This document shows positions 37,332-49,716 of a DNA stretch of 64,000 nt, in pieces. The stretch is from Penicillus capitatus. Its lineage: Eukaryota; Plantae; Chlorophyta. The stretch lies in contig OZ287702.1 of the NCBI GenBank assembly GCA_965649825.1, forward strand, positions 1,230,786-1,294,785, read 5' to 3'. Positions within the stretch are counted from its first letter, which is position 1; the number at the start of each line of letters is the position of its first letter. A program made the position numbers and the translations under genes. Below the pieces are notes generated by a model. The model was given only the letters and a program-made list of their open reading frames with translations. It did not search any database and had not been told where the DNA came from.

Positions 37332-39645
37332 ATGCGGTTCCCTTTCTTCTGGTTAAAGCGAAGGTCGAAAGAGGAGATGGCGAAGCGAAAGTTTGGCCGA
37401 CTCTGTTGTTGGCATCAGGGGACAGAGAGCTTACGGCAGTCGCGCAATACTGGAGATTCGGAATTGACGACCGTCGTTCGCGACACGTCGCCTGTCACAG
37501 GCAATTCCTTGGACCACGACGATGTGTATCTGTGGCGGCAACAGGCATTGACGTCCTTCCTCAATGCTGGCTGCTCCATTTCTTCCAAGCCAGATAGACA
37601 CATGGAAGATCCTGCCGCCGCCACGCTGCATTCGTTTCTCATGCAGTCGGACGTCACTACACATTCTAAAACGGATGCACTGGACACAACGCCGTTGGTG
37701 TATGCAATGAATGGCTCGCCGAGGCTTACGGATATCGACAAACAGCGACCTGCTTCGCGCAAAGGACCTGGGCTTGGATCCGTTGATGACACGCCGCCGA
37801 CGCGTTTGAGCAGTGAGATGATGAGACAGGGATTTGAGGAGTTTACGAGGAGGCATCAGCGGAATGAGAGCATCGGAAATCAGGCACCTGAACTTCCGAC
37901 GCGTTTGGAAGTGCGTCGTGATCATTTCAGCGGCCCAAAGCTACCGCAGCTCAGGACGGTCGATGCGGGAAAACAGAAGAGTGCCAGCAGGACTGCACTC
38001 GGAAGCCATGCATTGCCAGAGCCCATTTCTCCCTTGGGTGACTCCCTCAGTCCGCCACGGCGCTGTCGGTCTCCTGTACTGGACAGAAATGCAGCGCTGG
38101 TTTCTTACGAAGTGAAAAGTATTTTTAGCGAAAGCACAAGAGCCAGTCGATCATTGTCGCCGGTAGGGGCAACTCGTCAATCTTCACCCTCCGCAGATCC
38201 AGAGTCGTCCAACGATCAGCCTACGCAGCAAGAAGCAGAAGCACAGTGGGAGATCCACGAGTCTACCGCCGAAAACCGTCCATCGAAGAAACAGAGTGCC
38301 ACAGAAATTGAAGAAGAAGAAGAAGAGCAGACTGTACGACATTCGATTACTCGATTGCGCAGATGGAAAGTGCATTTAAGACTGGGCTGGCTTTCTGAGA
38401 ACGCCAATGACCTGGTCGCCGAAATACGCCTCACGGAAAGCCGGCCACCAAGAGTGCGACTTTCGTTTTCTAATGGCCGCCGCCACTGTGTGACATGCGA
38501 GCGTGTGTTTAGGATGATATAGCGCAGACGTCGAGAGCCGTAGAAGGCCAGACATCACATGAGATGCATTCCAATGAGATCTCAGAATATGAAGGGAACT
38601 ACCCAGAATATGGAAATCGAGAGATATCTGTCTCGAATTCCGCTCATATGATGCAGGACGCACATAACAGGCAGAATGTTGTCTATATAGTGGATCGTGT
38701 GTTATCGGAACTTCAAAAGCAGAAACGAAGAACGAGGAATAAAGCATATACGGAGAAAGCCGAAATGTTAGATAGGCAGAGCAAAATCGATAAGACAGCG
38801 CATCGTCGCCGACAGACGGAACAGCAGGATGTCGCTTTCGGAACGGAGATTTCCCGAGAACAAAGCGAACCACCTGCAGAGCGTGTTCAAAATCGTCACG
38901 AAGTTTTGCAAGCATTTGAAGTACTTGTTAAAAAGAAAGAAGCGCAGATCAAAGGATCAGGTACGTCCTTCCCTTTCGCACAGATCAGCAACGGCCTGAT
39001 ATATGACGGAGATGTCGTGCGTTGCTGTTAGATGGAAAACGAGAAGTGGAGAGAACTTTTTCTTCGGAAAAGCAATTAACAGAGGCGGTATATAGTGATC
39101 TCCGCCAAGAAATATCAAGACTGCAATACGAACTTATAAATAAAGCATCTTCCGGTGAGAAGAACAGCGATGGCTTGGCCGAGGCACTATCTTTGCCACT
39201 CAAGTCCACTTCCACGCCTTCTCGCGAATCAGGGTTATCTGTTTATGGTCGTACACCATCGCTCTCAAAACCGCACTCTTATTCGTGGATGGTTGTGTAT
39301 GTAGATGGATACAGAGAGAGGCTGGCCAAGGAGAAGTGTCCCGAGAGAAGGCGCTCTCAATCAGATCCGACATCCTCTGCTCGACCACCTGTCATTCAGT
39401 TTCCTTCTTCGCAGCCTGTCCAACGATCCGTTTCTTGCTATGAAGAATCAGTATCCACTCCTGAATCATTCTTTGCTTTTTGCCTCCCCCATCAGCGGAG
39501 CAATACAGATGAAAGGCTGGCCAAAGTTGCCTTGCTCTCTGAAGTGCGTCCGATCACTCCATCTTACCGACCCTCTCCCTCATCGACTGCTCTCCAGGAG
39601 ATGCTCTTCATGCGAGGCACGGACAGCGAAGCTCGTGTCGCCTAA
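37332..39645 (+). CDS. Hypothetical, largely disordered Ser/Arg/Glu-rich protein (about 3 exons)
   Basis: Long ORFs 37332-38522, 38564-39031 and 39022-39645 can be joined by GT-AG introns (e.g. about 38454-38511). Low complexity with short coiled-coil stretches. Confidence 0.65.
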
Positions 39646-39650
39646 ACCAT

Positions 39651-40600
39651 TCACACACAATCATCGCAGGACATGACATGACGGACAACAGGGAAAGCGA
39701 TCTCCTTGCGTTCACGACAGGTTCTGATCGCTTGGACATCGAAGTGGGCCTTAAGTACTTTGCATTCTCTCTCACCTGTCCTTTTTTAAAAACGACCCGG
39801 ATCTTCCGCCTCGCTTATCTCATGGGTCTCTTCAACTCACCGAGGAGGAATACTAAGCACGTACTTACTTGCCTTTTTCTATGTTTCACGCGGAGGGTAC
39901 TGTGGTCCATAGACACCTCATCTGTATCAGCTCGTACCGAAATGCATTGTTCAGGAACGTACTTTTGACTTTTCACGGAATCACTCACTTTTTGTTGCTT
40001 TTCTTTTGTATTGTCATGAGAACTCCCGATGTCTCTCTTTCTGAACACTCTTTGTATCCATTGGATGGCTCTCGTCAGCTGATGTCCACATCCCAAGATT
40101 TTTCCAAGATCTCCCTTCCTTTTCTGAGGGGGAACGAACACATCTTTGCCTTCTTTGATGGGTTCATCTCTTTCCTTTCTTCAAAACAAAAACTCAACCC
40201 TCAATGCGATTGATTCCTGTCGAAGATCATGGACTCCCACTGCTGTTCAAGGAACTATTTTTATCCTGAAGTGACCCTTTAAGCCCTGTGAATGCCTTCC
40301 ATTTTCAAGATGCACTTGTCCTGTACCCAATGACGTCAACTTTGCCAACGATGCCATGAATGTTTGCACGACAACAACAGTGGACACCATCCATCAGCAG
40401 GGCTCCGATTCCTGCATAAGAGCATCCTTTCCAATAAACTAACTGTCCCTTCCTACTGGACTCAGTGCGGGTCGTATTTGGTGAATTATGAACTATGTAG
40501 TGGAATGGCGAGATGCAAGGCAGATTTCTTTCTGCTATTGCACGGGGTACTATTACGTAACGACTGTGCGTTTGTTCGCGTTGGAGTTGTCTCTGACCGA
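39651..40600 (-). CDS. Possible hypothetical multi-exon gene
   Basis: ORF 39815-40141 and short exon-like pieces bounded by GT/AG sites. The model is not resolved. Confidence 0.25.
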
Positions 40601-40749
40601 ACATCGCTCATTCTGGCGAGATTGTGATCTCATACTCACACCAGTCACTTAACGGGCAGACTGGATGGACAAGTGTTTGTTGATCTAGACATACATACTG
40701 TCAAATAAAGTCCACTCATTTCAATGGTGACACGAATCGATCGATCTCT

Positions 40750-41733
40750 CTAACGACGACGGACACGACCGAACGACGTTGCAAACATCGAACGCCTGAT
40801 CCCTGTCGCATCCTCTTCCTCCTGTTCCTGCGTTCGGCGTTTCTTCGGCCTCAGACGTTCGCTAAGACAGAGAACAGAACGATGGTCAGAAGGATGCAGA
40901 GGGAAGGCAGCTCTACAGGGATCCTGTCTCTAGGATGGTTGCTTTAGCCTGTTCGGTGTCTTCGATGTTCTTGAGTCGACAGGACATCGGCAGCTGGACT
41001 TCTGAGATCCCGGTCATAAGACCAGGGATACTGACTTCCTGGGCACCACTCGTCTGACAGATCCCACAGACAATGACGCATCTTGGTCGCATGGCGTGGC
41101 CATAGGTACTTTTAGATTCTCCGGAACGGCGAAGAGTTCCTTGTCGCGTTGCTCTTCTGGAGCAAGTCGTTTGGACTTTTCGTCCTTTGCTCGGCCGAGG
41201 CGTTGCTGCATGTGATAGGCGATGAAGCGATCCCTACACCCATCCATTTCCAGGATGTTGAATGGGGCGGTTGGGACAGGGGTTGGACATTTCTTCCGTT
41301 TCTGTCGTCTGGATCATGGACTTCTCTTTCACATAGGCGTCCAAGACATCCTTGTCGTCGCCAGATTTCTGACCCTACTGACAGGCACCGAAGTTTTCGA
41401 GACTGTTGGGGACACAAGAGGCATGAACGTGTTCTGGCAATAGACTGAGCTCTTTATCCTGTGACCCCTGCAATGTAAAAGAGGGTGCGTGCGTCGCGAC
41501 GAGAGTGTAAAGCGGATGGCATGTTTTACCTTTTGCGCGCGGCGTTTTTGAAGGGCGCGTATGTCTTTGAGGCAAGACCTAAGGAAAAGGCGATATCCTG
41601 TAGATATTCAGGCGAAGAGCATGAAGTGTGCGTTAACGAGCACGTACGTGATAGAAGTGTGATCTTCCGTTTTGCTTTCGTCGACCTCCCCGTCATCCGA
41701 CCTTCGTTTTCTCAATCGACGTTCTCTCTTCAT
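40750..41733 (-). CDS. C9orf78: Spliceosome-associated C9orf78/TLS1/CSU2 family protein (multi-exon)
   Basis: MKRERRLRKRRSDD start, DRFIAYHMQQRLG, ELFAVPENLK, and spliced MTGISEVQLPMSCRLKNIEDTEQAK (family pattern TGIaEVqLpieyklKNIEeTEaAK). Confidence 0.85.
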
Positions 41734-41920
41734 CGATTCAGATCGGAAATGCATTCGATCTGATCGCGTACGAAGGCTAGATGCACTTCTGTTTGTTCTT
41801 ACAGGGGCCATTTCTCTTCGTAAGCGCGTCCAAACGACACAGTATGACGTTGACATGTCGTTAAATTAGAATGTGCTAGAGTGTGTCCTTGAGAAGCTAA
41901 GTGTATCCATCCCCCTAAAT

Positions 41921-43668
41921 TTATGATAGGTAATATCGTTGCCTGCTCATCGTTCTCGTCTCTGCCGTTTGATTAATGTCGATACTTGACCGCCCAGCCA
42001 TTCTAGACAAACAACAAACGAAAACCCTCAATCCATATGCCCTTCGTGCTGATGACCACTTACCTAGATTCTGTGGAATTCGCAGGCTGTCTAACAGATC
42101 ACCTGTCTCTTTGAATACAATCTCCGGCCAAGATGCTGAGCGGAGATAATGCACGGTGTCAATAACGGGACGTGCAGCAGTGATCCATGTATCATAGGCA
42201 CGGCGTTTGATCCCCCTCCACTGACGCTTGACCACTCTCCTGCATTGACGGTTGACGCGATGGATAAACCCTTCTCCACCGTCTCCCCCCAAATCCGCAT
42301 TCCATCTCGCTTGTCCACGAGGCGATCGTTTTCTCTTACGGTCTCCAAATCTGTTCTCGTTGTCCTGAATGGCTTCTCTTCGCACATAAAAGGGTCCTTT
42401 GCCTGAGGCGTCGATAAAATGCTGGTCAGCTGCATCTTGCGTCGTGAAGACGGTGAATCCTGTTGGCCAGGCATCGATCGTGGGCTCCATATTGCCCCTT
42501 CCGATATCAATCGATTCCGCATCGGGGTTCACTTGCGGAACGCCCTGCGACTCCATGTCCTCCTTAGAGAGGACAGACGCCTTTCTGGGCGTCGGCATCA
42601 TAACGTTGCGGCTTTCGGGTCTCCAGTCTGGACGCGATGCAGCTTCTTTGAGAGGTTCGCTTCCCGGCACGAGTTTCTGATAGGTTTCGACCTCTAATCG
42701 AATACGCACATCCTTGTGTGCCAGATGCGCGACAAAGGGATTTACCAAAACGAACACGTCTCTTTGCCAGTCGACGCAAATGCGCAATGAAGCGTGCGTT
42801 TGACTCAGAAGACCAATACCTTCATCATCCGGTAACTGCACTGGCTCGCGCAGATCGTCATCCGTTGATTCGACCAGAGAAACCTTGGGCACCATGGGGT
42901 CGAAATACGAGACCTGCTCACACTTGGCCCATCTCTTCGCTTCCATGCGCCGTGCCAGACGAATAGATTCGATAGGTATGTGGTCTTTCGTCGCTCTAAG
43001 ATTCCGCGCTGCACGAACGAACACACACAACCGTCATACCAAACGCTGGGGCTCAGAGGAGCCTCACCGTCGACGACAATACGGGGAACGCCACGACGGA
43101 GGCATTCCCAGTCATAGCACGAGAATGGACCCGGTGGACACTCTCCACGTTGTTCCAGATAGAGTCTTTTCGCCTCTGCCGCGGCAATGTACCGGAAGCT
43201 GAGATGATGAAAGCGTTTGCAGAGTTGGCGCATCTTGTGGGCGTGTTTCCAAAAGCTCTTCGACAAATCGCACATGCGTCTGCTCTCTTCATCCGCCTCC
43301 ACGTCGCGATAGAAACTCGGATAGGGATAGTAGAGTGGCAGCAGAGCGATGGCGCAAGAAATGTTGTAGGCAAAGGCCAGACGGACGTCTTCGTCCTTCG
43401 GTTCCTTCTCGAGTTCGGCATCGGCGTCGTAGAGGAAGAGAAAGAGATCTTCGTCGGCGCCGGTGGCAATGAGCGCCGCTCTGTGTGTTTGGATCTCTTC
43501 GGCAACTTCTTCGGCAGAAAGATTGCCGTCCTTCAAAATTTTGAGCTCCAGTTTTTTGGCACGGTGGTAATAGCGAACGCAGTTTCGCAGTTGGACGATG
43601 TATTCGATGAGGAACTGTATGGCACTGTCGTAGAAGGCATCCCACAACGGACCGGAGACGTCATCCAT
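41921..43668 (-). CDS. Hypothetical protein (two long exons, about 550 aa)
   Basis: ORFs 42805-43686 and 41921-43030 can be joined by a short intron ending GTGCAG near 43015-43050. Globular-looking composition. No family recognised. Confidence 0.65.
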
Positions 43669-44360
43669 CGTCGTCGACTTCGACACGAGAGAGCACGCTT
43701 CTCTTTGCGTTTGGTTGAACTCGAAAATGAAACGCTATCAAAAGCGAAAGGACGAATGGACGACGGATCTGGTATTTAAAACGTAAGACGGTTAGACAAC
43801 GCTCCTGATCTGAAACAGAGCATTCCTTCGATACATGCTGAGATGAACGATGAAGAAGTGTTTTGGGATAGAGCTGAATTTCGACATGGAAGAGATCGTG
43901 GCTGTCTCGACGTATGTTGTGTTTTCGATCGGTGGCGCTCCAGACCGTCACAGATGGACGCCTTGCGAGGCCGAGTGCATGGTATGGGATCTTTAAACAT
44001 GCAGCGACGATGCATGTCTGCGTTGCGTTTCGCTCGAGAGGGCACCTTCGAAAAAGGGCTGTTTACAAATTTGAATTGAACAATGCGATGACCAGGATAG
44101 CGTCATGCGAGATTCCGTTTTGCGGCAATGCTCAATACAAAGAGAAAGTCCCAGTTATTTCGATGGGCTGCAGATACAAATCAGTATCAGCCTTTCAGAA
44201 TATCAATGATCTCTTATTGCGAGTGATTTTGACGCTCGAAAGGTGAGAGGCAAAACAGGGATGGGATCTGAACGATTTAGCATCTCCATAGACAATTCCG
44301 GACGAGTCCGTTGGTAACAACTCGAATCGAGTTGCAGCAACTTGTCTCGCATCAGTTGCC

Positions 44361-45946
44361 TCATGGTCCGCTCTCTATGTGTCCTCCCGCGACACTTTTG
44401 CCACCGGTTTTCTGATTGGCCAAAGCTGCGACGGCTGCTCCATCAGGACCACCATATCCTTTGACCGCTGATGCAGATCCATCTTTGTTTGCCGCTTTGC
44501 CATCGAATCCGGTGGTGGCGTCGCCTGACGATGTACCCTTGCCCAGAGCAAGAGTGTTCTCCTCGTCAGCCTTGAGAAGGATCTCGGCTTTCGCAGCATC
44601 CTTTGATGGTTCTTCCTTCTTGGGAACCTCAACTGGATACTCGTATTTGGCATCTGGCTTCTTGTATGGCTTCTCCACAACTTTGCCTGCGATGTATGGT
44701 TTGTAGGATCCACCGCATGACTTCTTGTAGTCAACGGCGCACACAAATCCATAGGGGCAGTATTTGTTGCCGCAGACGCATTCCTCAACTTCGCATTTGA
44801 AGATCGTCTTGCACGGTGGCTTGTATTTGGCAACGATGAAAGGAGGAAGCTTGACGCAGACGGGTTCGTAGACGTCTTTGCAAATCGTTTCGAGATAGAC
44901 GTATTTGTCGCACTCGGGATCCTCGTACTCCGTCGCGCACTCGTATCCAGAGTCGCATTCGTAGTCTCCGCACTTGGTTTTGCACTTCTGGATAGTCACC
45001 TCGGCGCATTTATAACCGTATCCGCAGTATTCATCGCCGCAAATCTCTCCTTCGTTCAAGGCATAGAACAAGAAATCGTAGCCTCCGTGGCAGACATCAA
45101 TGCCTTCTTTGTATTCGCTCTTGACGCATTTCTTCACAGTGATGTCGACGCATGGCTCTAACCGCAGAAGGCCTTGTCGGTCAAAGATACGAGGCAAAAC
45201 GAAAGGCGCTTACCTTTAGCGACGCAAGTGAATTTTTCCTCGCAGACGAGCTTCTCTTTCTCGCATTTCTTGTCGCACTTGTCGTAGTAATGCGGGTAGT
45301 ACTTGCCATCGTCGTCATAGTAACCCCCACCGACGGCAATGGCCTCGGAGTTGGCAATGGCATAGCCTCCTTTAGCAACAGCTGTGGCGTCTGCAACTGC
45401 GACACCATCGCCGAGAGCCAGGGCTTTTGAGTTTGCGACAGCGACGGACTTATCGCCACCATACTCCATGAGTTTGCGTCCATATCCGACTTTCTTGATT
45501 TTGCAGACGGTCTCCTTGACGCAGTCTTGGTGGGCACCGCAGGCACCATAGCCGCATGGCTTCATGATTTCCTTGCAAACTTTCTTCGGCTTTCCGCATT
45601 TCTCTTTGAGTGCAAGGAAGCCATAGCATTCTTCCTTTTTGAGGGTCGCGCAAACAGAAGGATACTCGCAGTAGTCATGGCCACATGGCTCTTTGTGAGG
45701 ATATTCGCACACTTCAATAGCCGTGCACTTCGGAGGTTCTGCACAAACATACACCGAATCAGACTCGAGAACCCACATCCGGACAGGCACACATACTTTC
45801 CTCCTTAACGCAAGAATGATAAGGCTTTTCTGGACAAGCAATAGAAACAGCCAGCAACGCCTAGATAGATACCCAGTGGTAAGGACAGACCCTTGGGTCA
45901 ACGAAGCGCTTACTCCAAAGAGCGCAGCACATAACGCTGCCTTCAT
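44361..45946 (-). CDS. Secreted Cys/Tyr/Lys/Gly-rich repeat protein, putative cell-wall or structural (4 exons)
   Basis: Spliced signal peptide MKAALCAALFG|ALLAVSIA. Repeated CG-x3-C-x5-C units (CGHDYCEYPSVC, CGYGACGAHQDC, CGDEYCGYGYKC, CGDYECDSGYEC, CGNKYCPYGFVC). GRKLM site and Ala/Gly-rich segments. Three GT-AG introns of about 55 nt. Confidence 0.85.
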
Positions 45947-47722
45947 AGTTGGAGCTTTCAATAGACAGTGAAGAAGTAGCTTGGTCACGAAGAACAGATT
46001 GCGGGCGAATAGATAACTCTCTTAAGAGATTTTTTTAACTATGGCAAGAATTCTTTGTTGTGAAAGGAAAAAACTTCGCAATTTATACGAGCCCGTTGTC
46101 TCTGGAGGTTAGCTAATCGCATGAACGATTGGCAAAGCGCCTGTATCATCCGTCACCTCGACGAGACTTCCTCGGCTGGGAAAGGCGACAGTTGAATGCT
46201 GCTGCGACGATTAGTCTAGCTGCTTAACCGCAGTCGATCCTGACAACAATGCGCCAGTCCTCTTGCAGCTGACGCATCGGATCACTTGAATCGACCGCTT
46301 GTTTGCTCTAACTGTTCCTTCATGATGACCCTTCGGTGTTCAGAGAACGCATCCGTCGGGTCATGGGCAGACCGTCGCTCTGCCCTCGTCAAGGAATACG
46401 CGTTCTGTGTCTTTCCGTGTGCCTTGTGAACGAGGTGACGGTTGGGGAATTCCTATGCAGAGATCAGCAAATGTGCTGGTGCCTTCTTGATTCAGGACAC
46501 AAGAATCCTGGTGACATATCGAAGAAGGAAAGCGAGCTTTCGAACTGTTCCACTTGTGAATTCGGTCTGGACTCTGGTGGGCGCTCTGCGCTGTCGAAGA
46601 CAGACCACTTAGACAGACTGACTGTCATTCAAGCACGTCCTTGAGACAGAAGGGATGGCAAAACAGCAAAGGAGAAGTCTTGTTTGAGCTGACCTGAAAG
46701 CGGACTTTTGGCTCTGTCTCTTCTTCCCAAGACGACACCGATCGGTGCTTCATTTCAGCGGGAAACAAAATTGAAATTTCTGCGAAGAAAAGAGTGGAGG
46801 CGATAGAGAAAATGGCTTTCAGTTACCTTGGCCAAGAACACAAACATTTTCGCAGTGTTTCTGAAACAAAGGCAAAGAGGCGTGGAACGTGCGATTAAAA
46901 CCCATACCGGGGTACGGACGGATGCCTGGAACACACCTGGCGAACAAACACGTTCATGACGAATCGTTCGTCACGCCGCCGCAACAGCGAAATCCATCCA
47001 AGTCAAGAAATCTTTCGACAAGGGGTCTCGTGTCCAAAATCTATCGCACTTTTGCAGAATGGGCTGTCGAATCGAACGAAGCTGGTTTTTTGTTTCAGTG
47101 CAGTTAACTGCCATCTCTTCCTATCTGAAACCACAGTGGCAGCTCCGCCGTCATTGCCTCATAAAGCGCGGGCTAGCAGGCGACACACCATCACCTTGTA
47201 CACTGCGAATGGCAGTTTCCTTTTCCTCTGTCTGGAACCTCCGTTTCGATGTCTTGGTATGCATACGTCCATCGACTGTCCGTGTTCATCGGTTTCTCCC
47301 GAAGCACTCCGAGGCGATGGCGATCCACAAAACACGCTGCTGTATGAACATTTCCTCTCGGAAACCAACATATTGCTGGCCATGAAGATGCATACAGATA
47401 TCAGCCACCTCCCACGTCAAACCTCCGATGACATGCATCGCATTCAACTCAATAAACACGAAAGCACACAAGACTCGATCGCAGTGGATGGGCAGCCTTA
47501 CGGGACTCGAGCTGATTGACCATTGGTATTCTTCCTCGAGCATTCCCAGCACAAATGACCTAACACATCTGGCACCGACCGAATCTGCATCGACGTCCGG
47601 TAACGGGAGACAGCAGAGGATGGATGCAACGATCGATACACACGGATGGAATCTTTTCTTAGAGAATTGAAGGGATAGAATGTTTATGGAGGCATTGATG
47701 TGACATGCGATTGTCTCCAGGA

Positions 47723-49647
47723 CTAGAGTTCGATTACCGAAGCGTTCTTTGTCATCATCCCGGCCATCTGCTTCTGCTGACGTGTCCGTTCCTGACGGTA
47801 CAGCATCTTTGTCTGCTTCTTTCGAAGCCTGGCCGCTTTTTGAGCAGCTTTGACAGCCTGCTTTCGCATGCGTTTCTCCTCTGCTGTCTCATCACGTGGA
47901 CGATTCTGACAGGAATGCATCGAAACGCTGTCGCCGTCTGACAAATCTCCATCTGAAGCGTCGTGGCTTGAATCTGACACTTCTGCATCTTCCACCGGAA
48001 AACCAGACTTATTCGAAACCTTCACCAGATCTGGACACGTCCATTAGTGACAGACGGTTCCAATCAGCAAAAGGCAAAAAGGGCAGACCGGCGGTGATGG
48101 TGGCAGGTTTCGCCTGTGCTCTTCGAGTGGACACGATCAACGATGGCTGATGTTGTGTTGAATGCGTTCTGAGTAAGAAACGTCAATGACGTCTGTAAAG
48201 AAAGCACAATGTGTGATACCTGCACGACCATGCGCTCTCGCAATCCATCTCTCTGTCCGATCTCACAGAAATCAAAATATCTTCCCATTCCTCTCCCCTG
48301 CTGTCGGCCTCTAAACACAATCGCACGTGATGCATCGCGTTGTTCACAGACGAGGCACCGTACGCATAGACTGCATCAGCTTCTTCGTCGCTTCAAGCGC
48401 TTTGGTATCCTGTTCTTTCAGCGCAGCCACTCGACTCTTCGGCTTCAGTAATTTGTAAGGACCTATGTTCTGAGGCAAACAATCCGTTTTGCGATTTTCT
48501 CCTGAGCCATTGCCTCCTTCGGGCTGAAAATTATCAGCAGAGAGGCGACATCGCTGCTGCAAGCATTGGCGGAGTTGCTCAAGACTCATGCCATCTTCCA
48601 CCTAGACCACTTTCAACAGTCTCATAGGGATGGTGGCTGCATGCCATACCTCATCTTCCAGTTCGCCCAGCTCTTCTTCGTCGTACGCATCCAACACCGT
48701 CTCGAACATCTCATCGATGACCTCTAACGGCCCTGTCCGTTCTCTCCTCCCCACGAAATCCGAAGCATCCACACCCTTCCATCTCTCAGAGAAAGAACTG
48801 TGGGAATCTGCATCGCCACGACTGAAACGGGAACGGCCGATGCTCTTGGCAGGCACATCTCCTTGTGAACTCTCCGTCCCTTCTCCCTCATCGCCAGAAG
48901 AATCCTCTTCGGGCAGAGCGATCCACTGAAGGCCTTTCTTCCCAAAGAAGGCATTTCTTGAAGACATCGTCCTGTCGGTACGTGTTGCATCGAGGACAAA
49001 ACTGTCCAACATATCTCCGTCTTCGATCGGTCGTCCTTCTAACTCTTCGAGCATTGCCTCAACATCTTGCACCTCCTGTGCCAATGTGCCTTTGACATCT
49101 GGCACGACACGTGAGAAGGCTGTTGTGGTGATCGTCCTCAGCATATCTTCTGCATCCATTTCATCCTGTGCCGTTGTATGGAGTGTCAGATTCTTTGCAT
49201 GGATATAGCGGGTTTCGGGCTCAGGGGCTGAAAAAGCGTCATTCTTAACATAGATGCCGCCCGATTTCGGAGCATCTCTGATGGGCAATTCTCCTTTAAC
49301 GGATTTCAGGGAACGGAGATGCTTGAGGTAGTTGTAGCCATCTGACGGCAAGCCCAATTCTCGAATCTCTCTTTGCTGGTCTTCCGTCAATTCCTCCGCC
49401 GAAAAAAATGGCGGCGCGATAGAAGACGGGGCATTTCCTACACAAGTCGTCTTCCGTGTTCGAAATCGGATCGTCGACTGTCACTTGAGATCGACGGGTC
49501 TGGTAGCGTCGGGAGAGCGGATGGAATCTGGCTCTTTTCTACGAGAACGCGTTCTTCATCGATGCCGTCTTCGTCGGCGCAGTGGTAGATGAGCTGGTAC
49601 GTCTCGGCTTGGCGCCGGTCGATGAATCGTTTGTGCCGCCGACCCAT
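47723..49647 (-). CDS. LTV1: 40S ribosome biogenesis factor LTV1 (multi-exon)
   Basis: N-terminus MGRRHKRFIDRRQAETYQL, LGLPSDGYNYLKHLR, FETVLDAYDEEELGELED, and C-terminus ETAEEKRMRKQAVKAAQKAARLRKK. Confidence 0.9.
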
Positions 49648-49716
49648 GCGTCTCACAGCTTTTTCGTACGATGCGCATTAGCTCCGTCGATCGTCCGAAA
49701 GTAAACGTCACATCAT

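Noticed and set aside
43150-43779. 209-aa plus-strand ORF
   Set aside because: Antisense shadow of the minus-strand hypothetical gene, with a typical reverse-frame composition.
1440-46125. Recurring TAGCTAA-like heptamer in intergenic DNA (near 1443, 11650, 17945 and 46110)
   Set aside because: Too few and too short to distinguish from chance without a genome-wide enrichment test.
46336-47670. Plus-strand ORFs 46336-46644, 46956-47519 and 47428-47670
   Set aside because: Could not be assembled into a coherent gene or matched to a family, so left uncalled.
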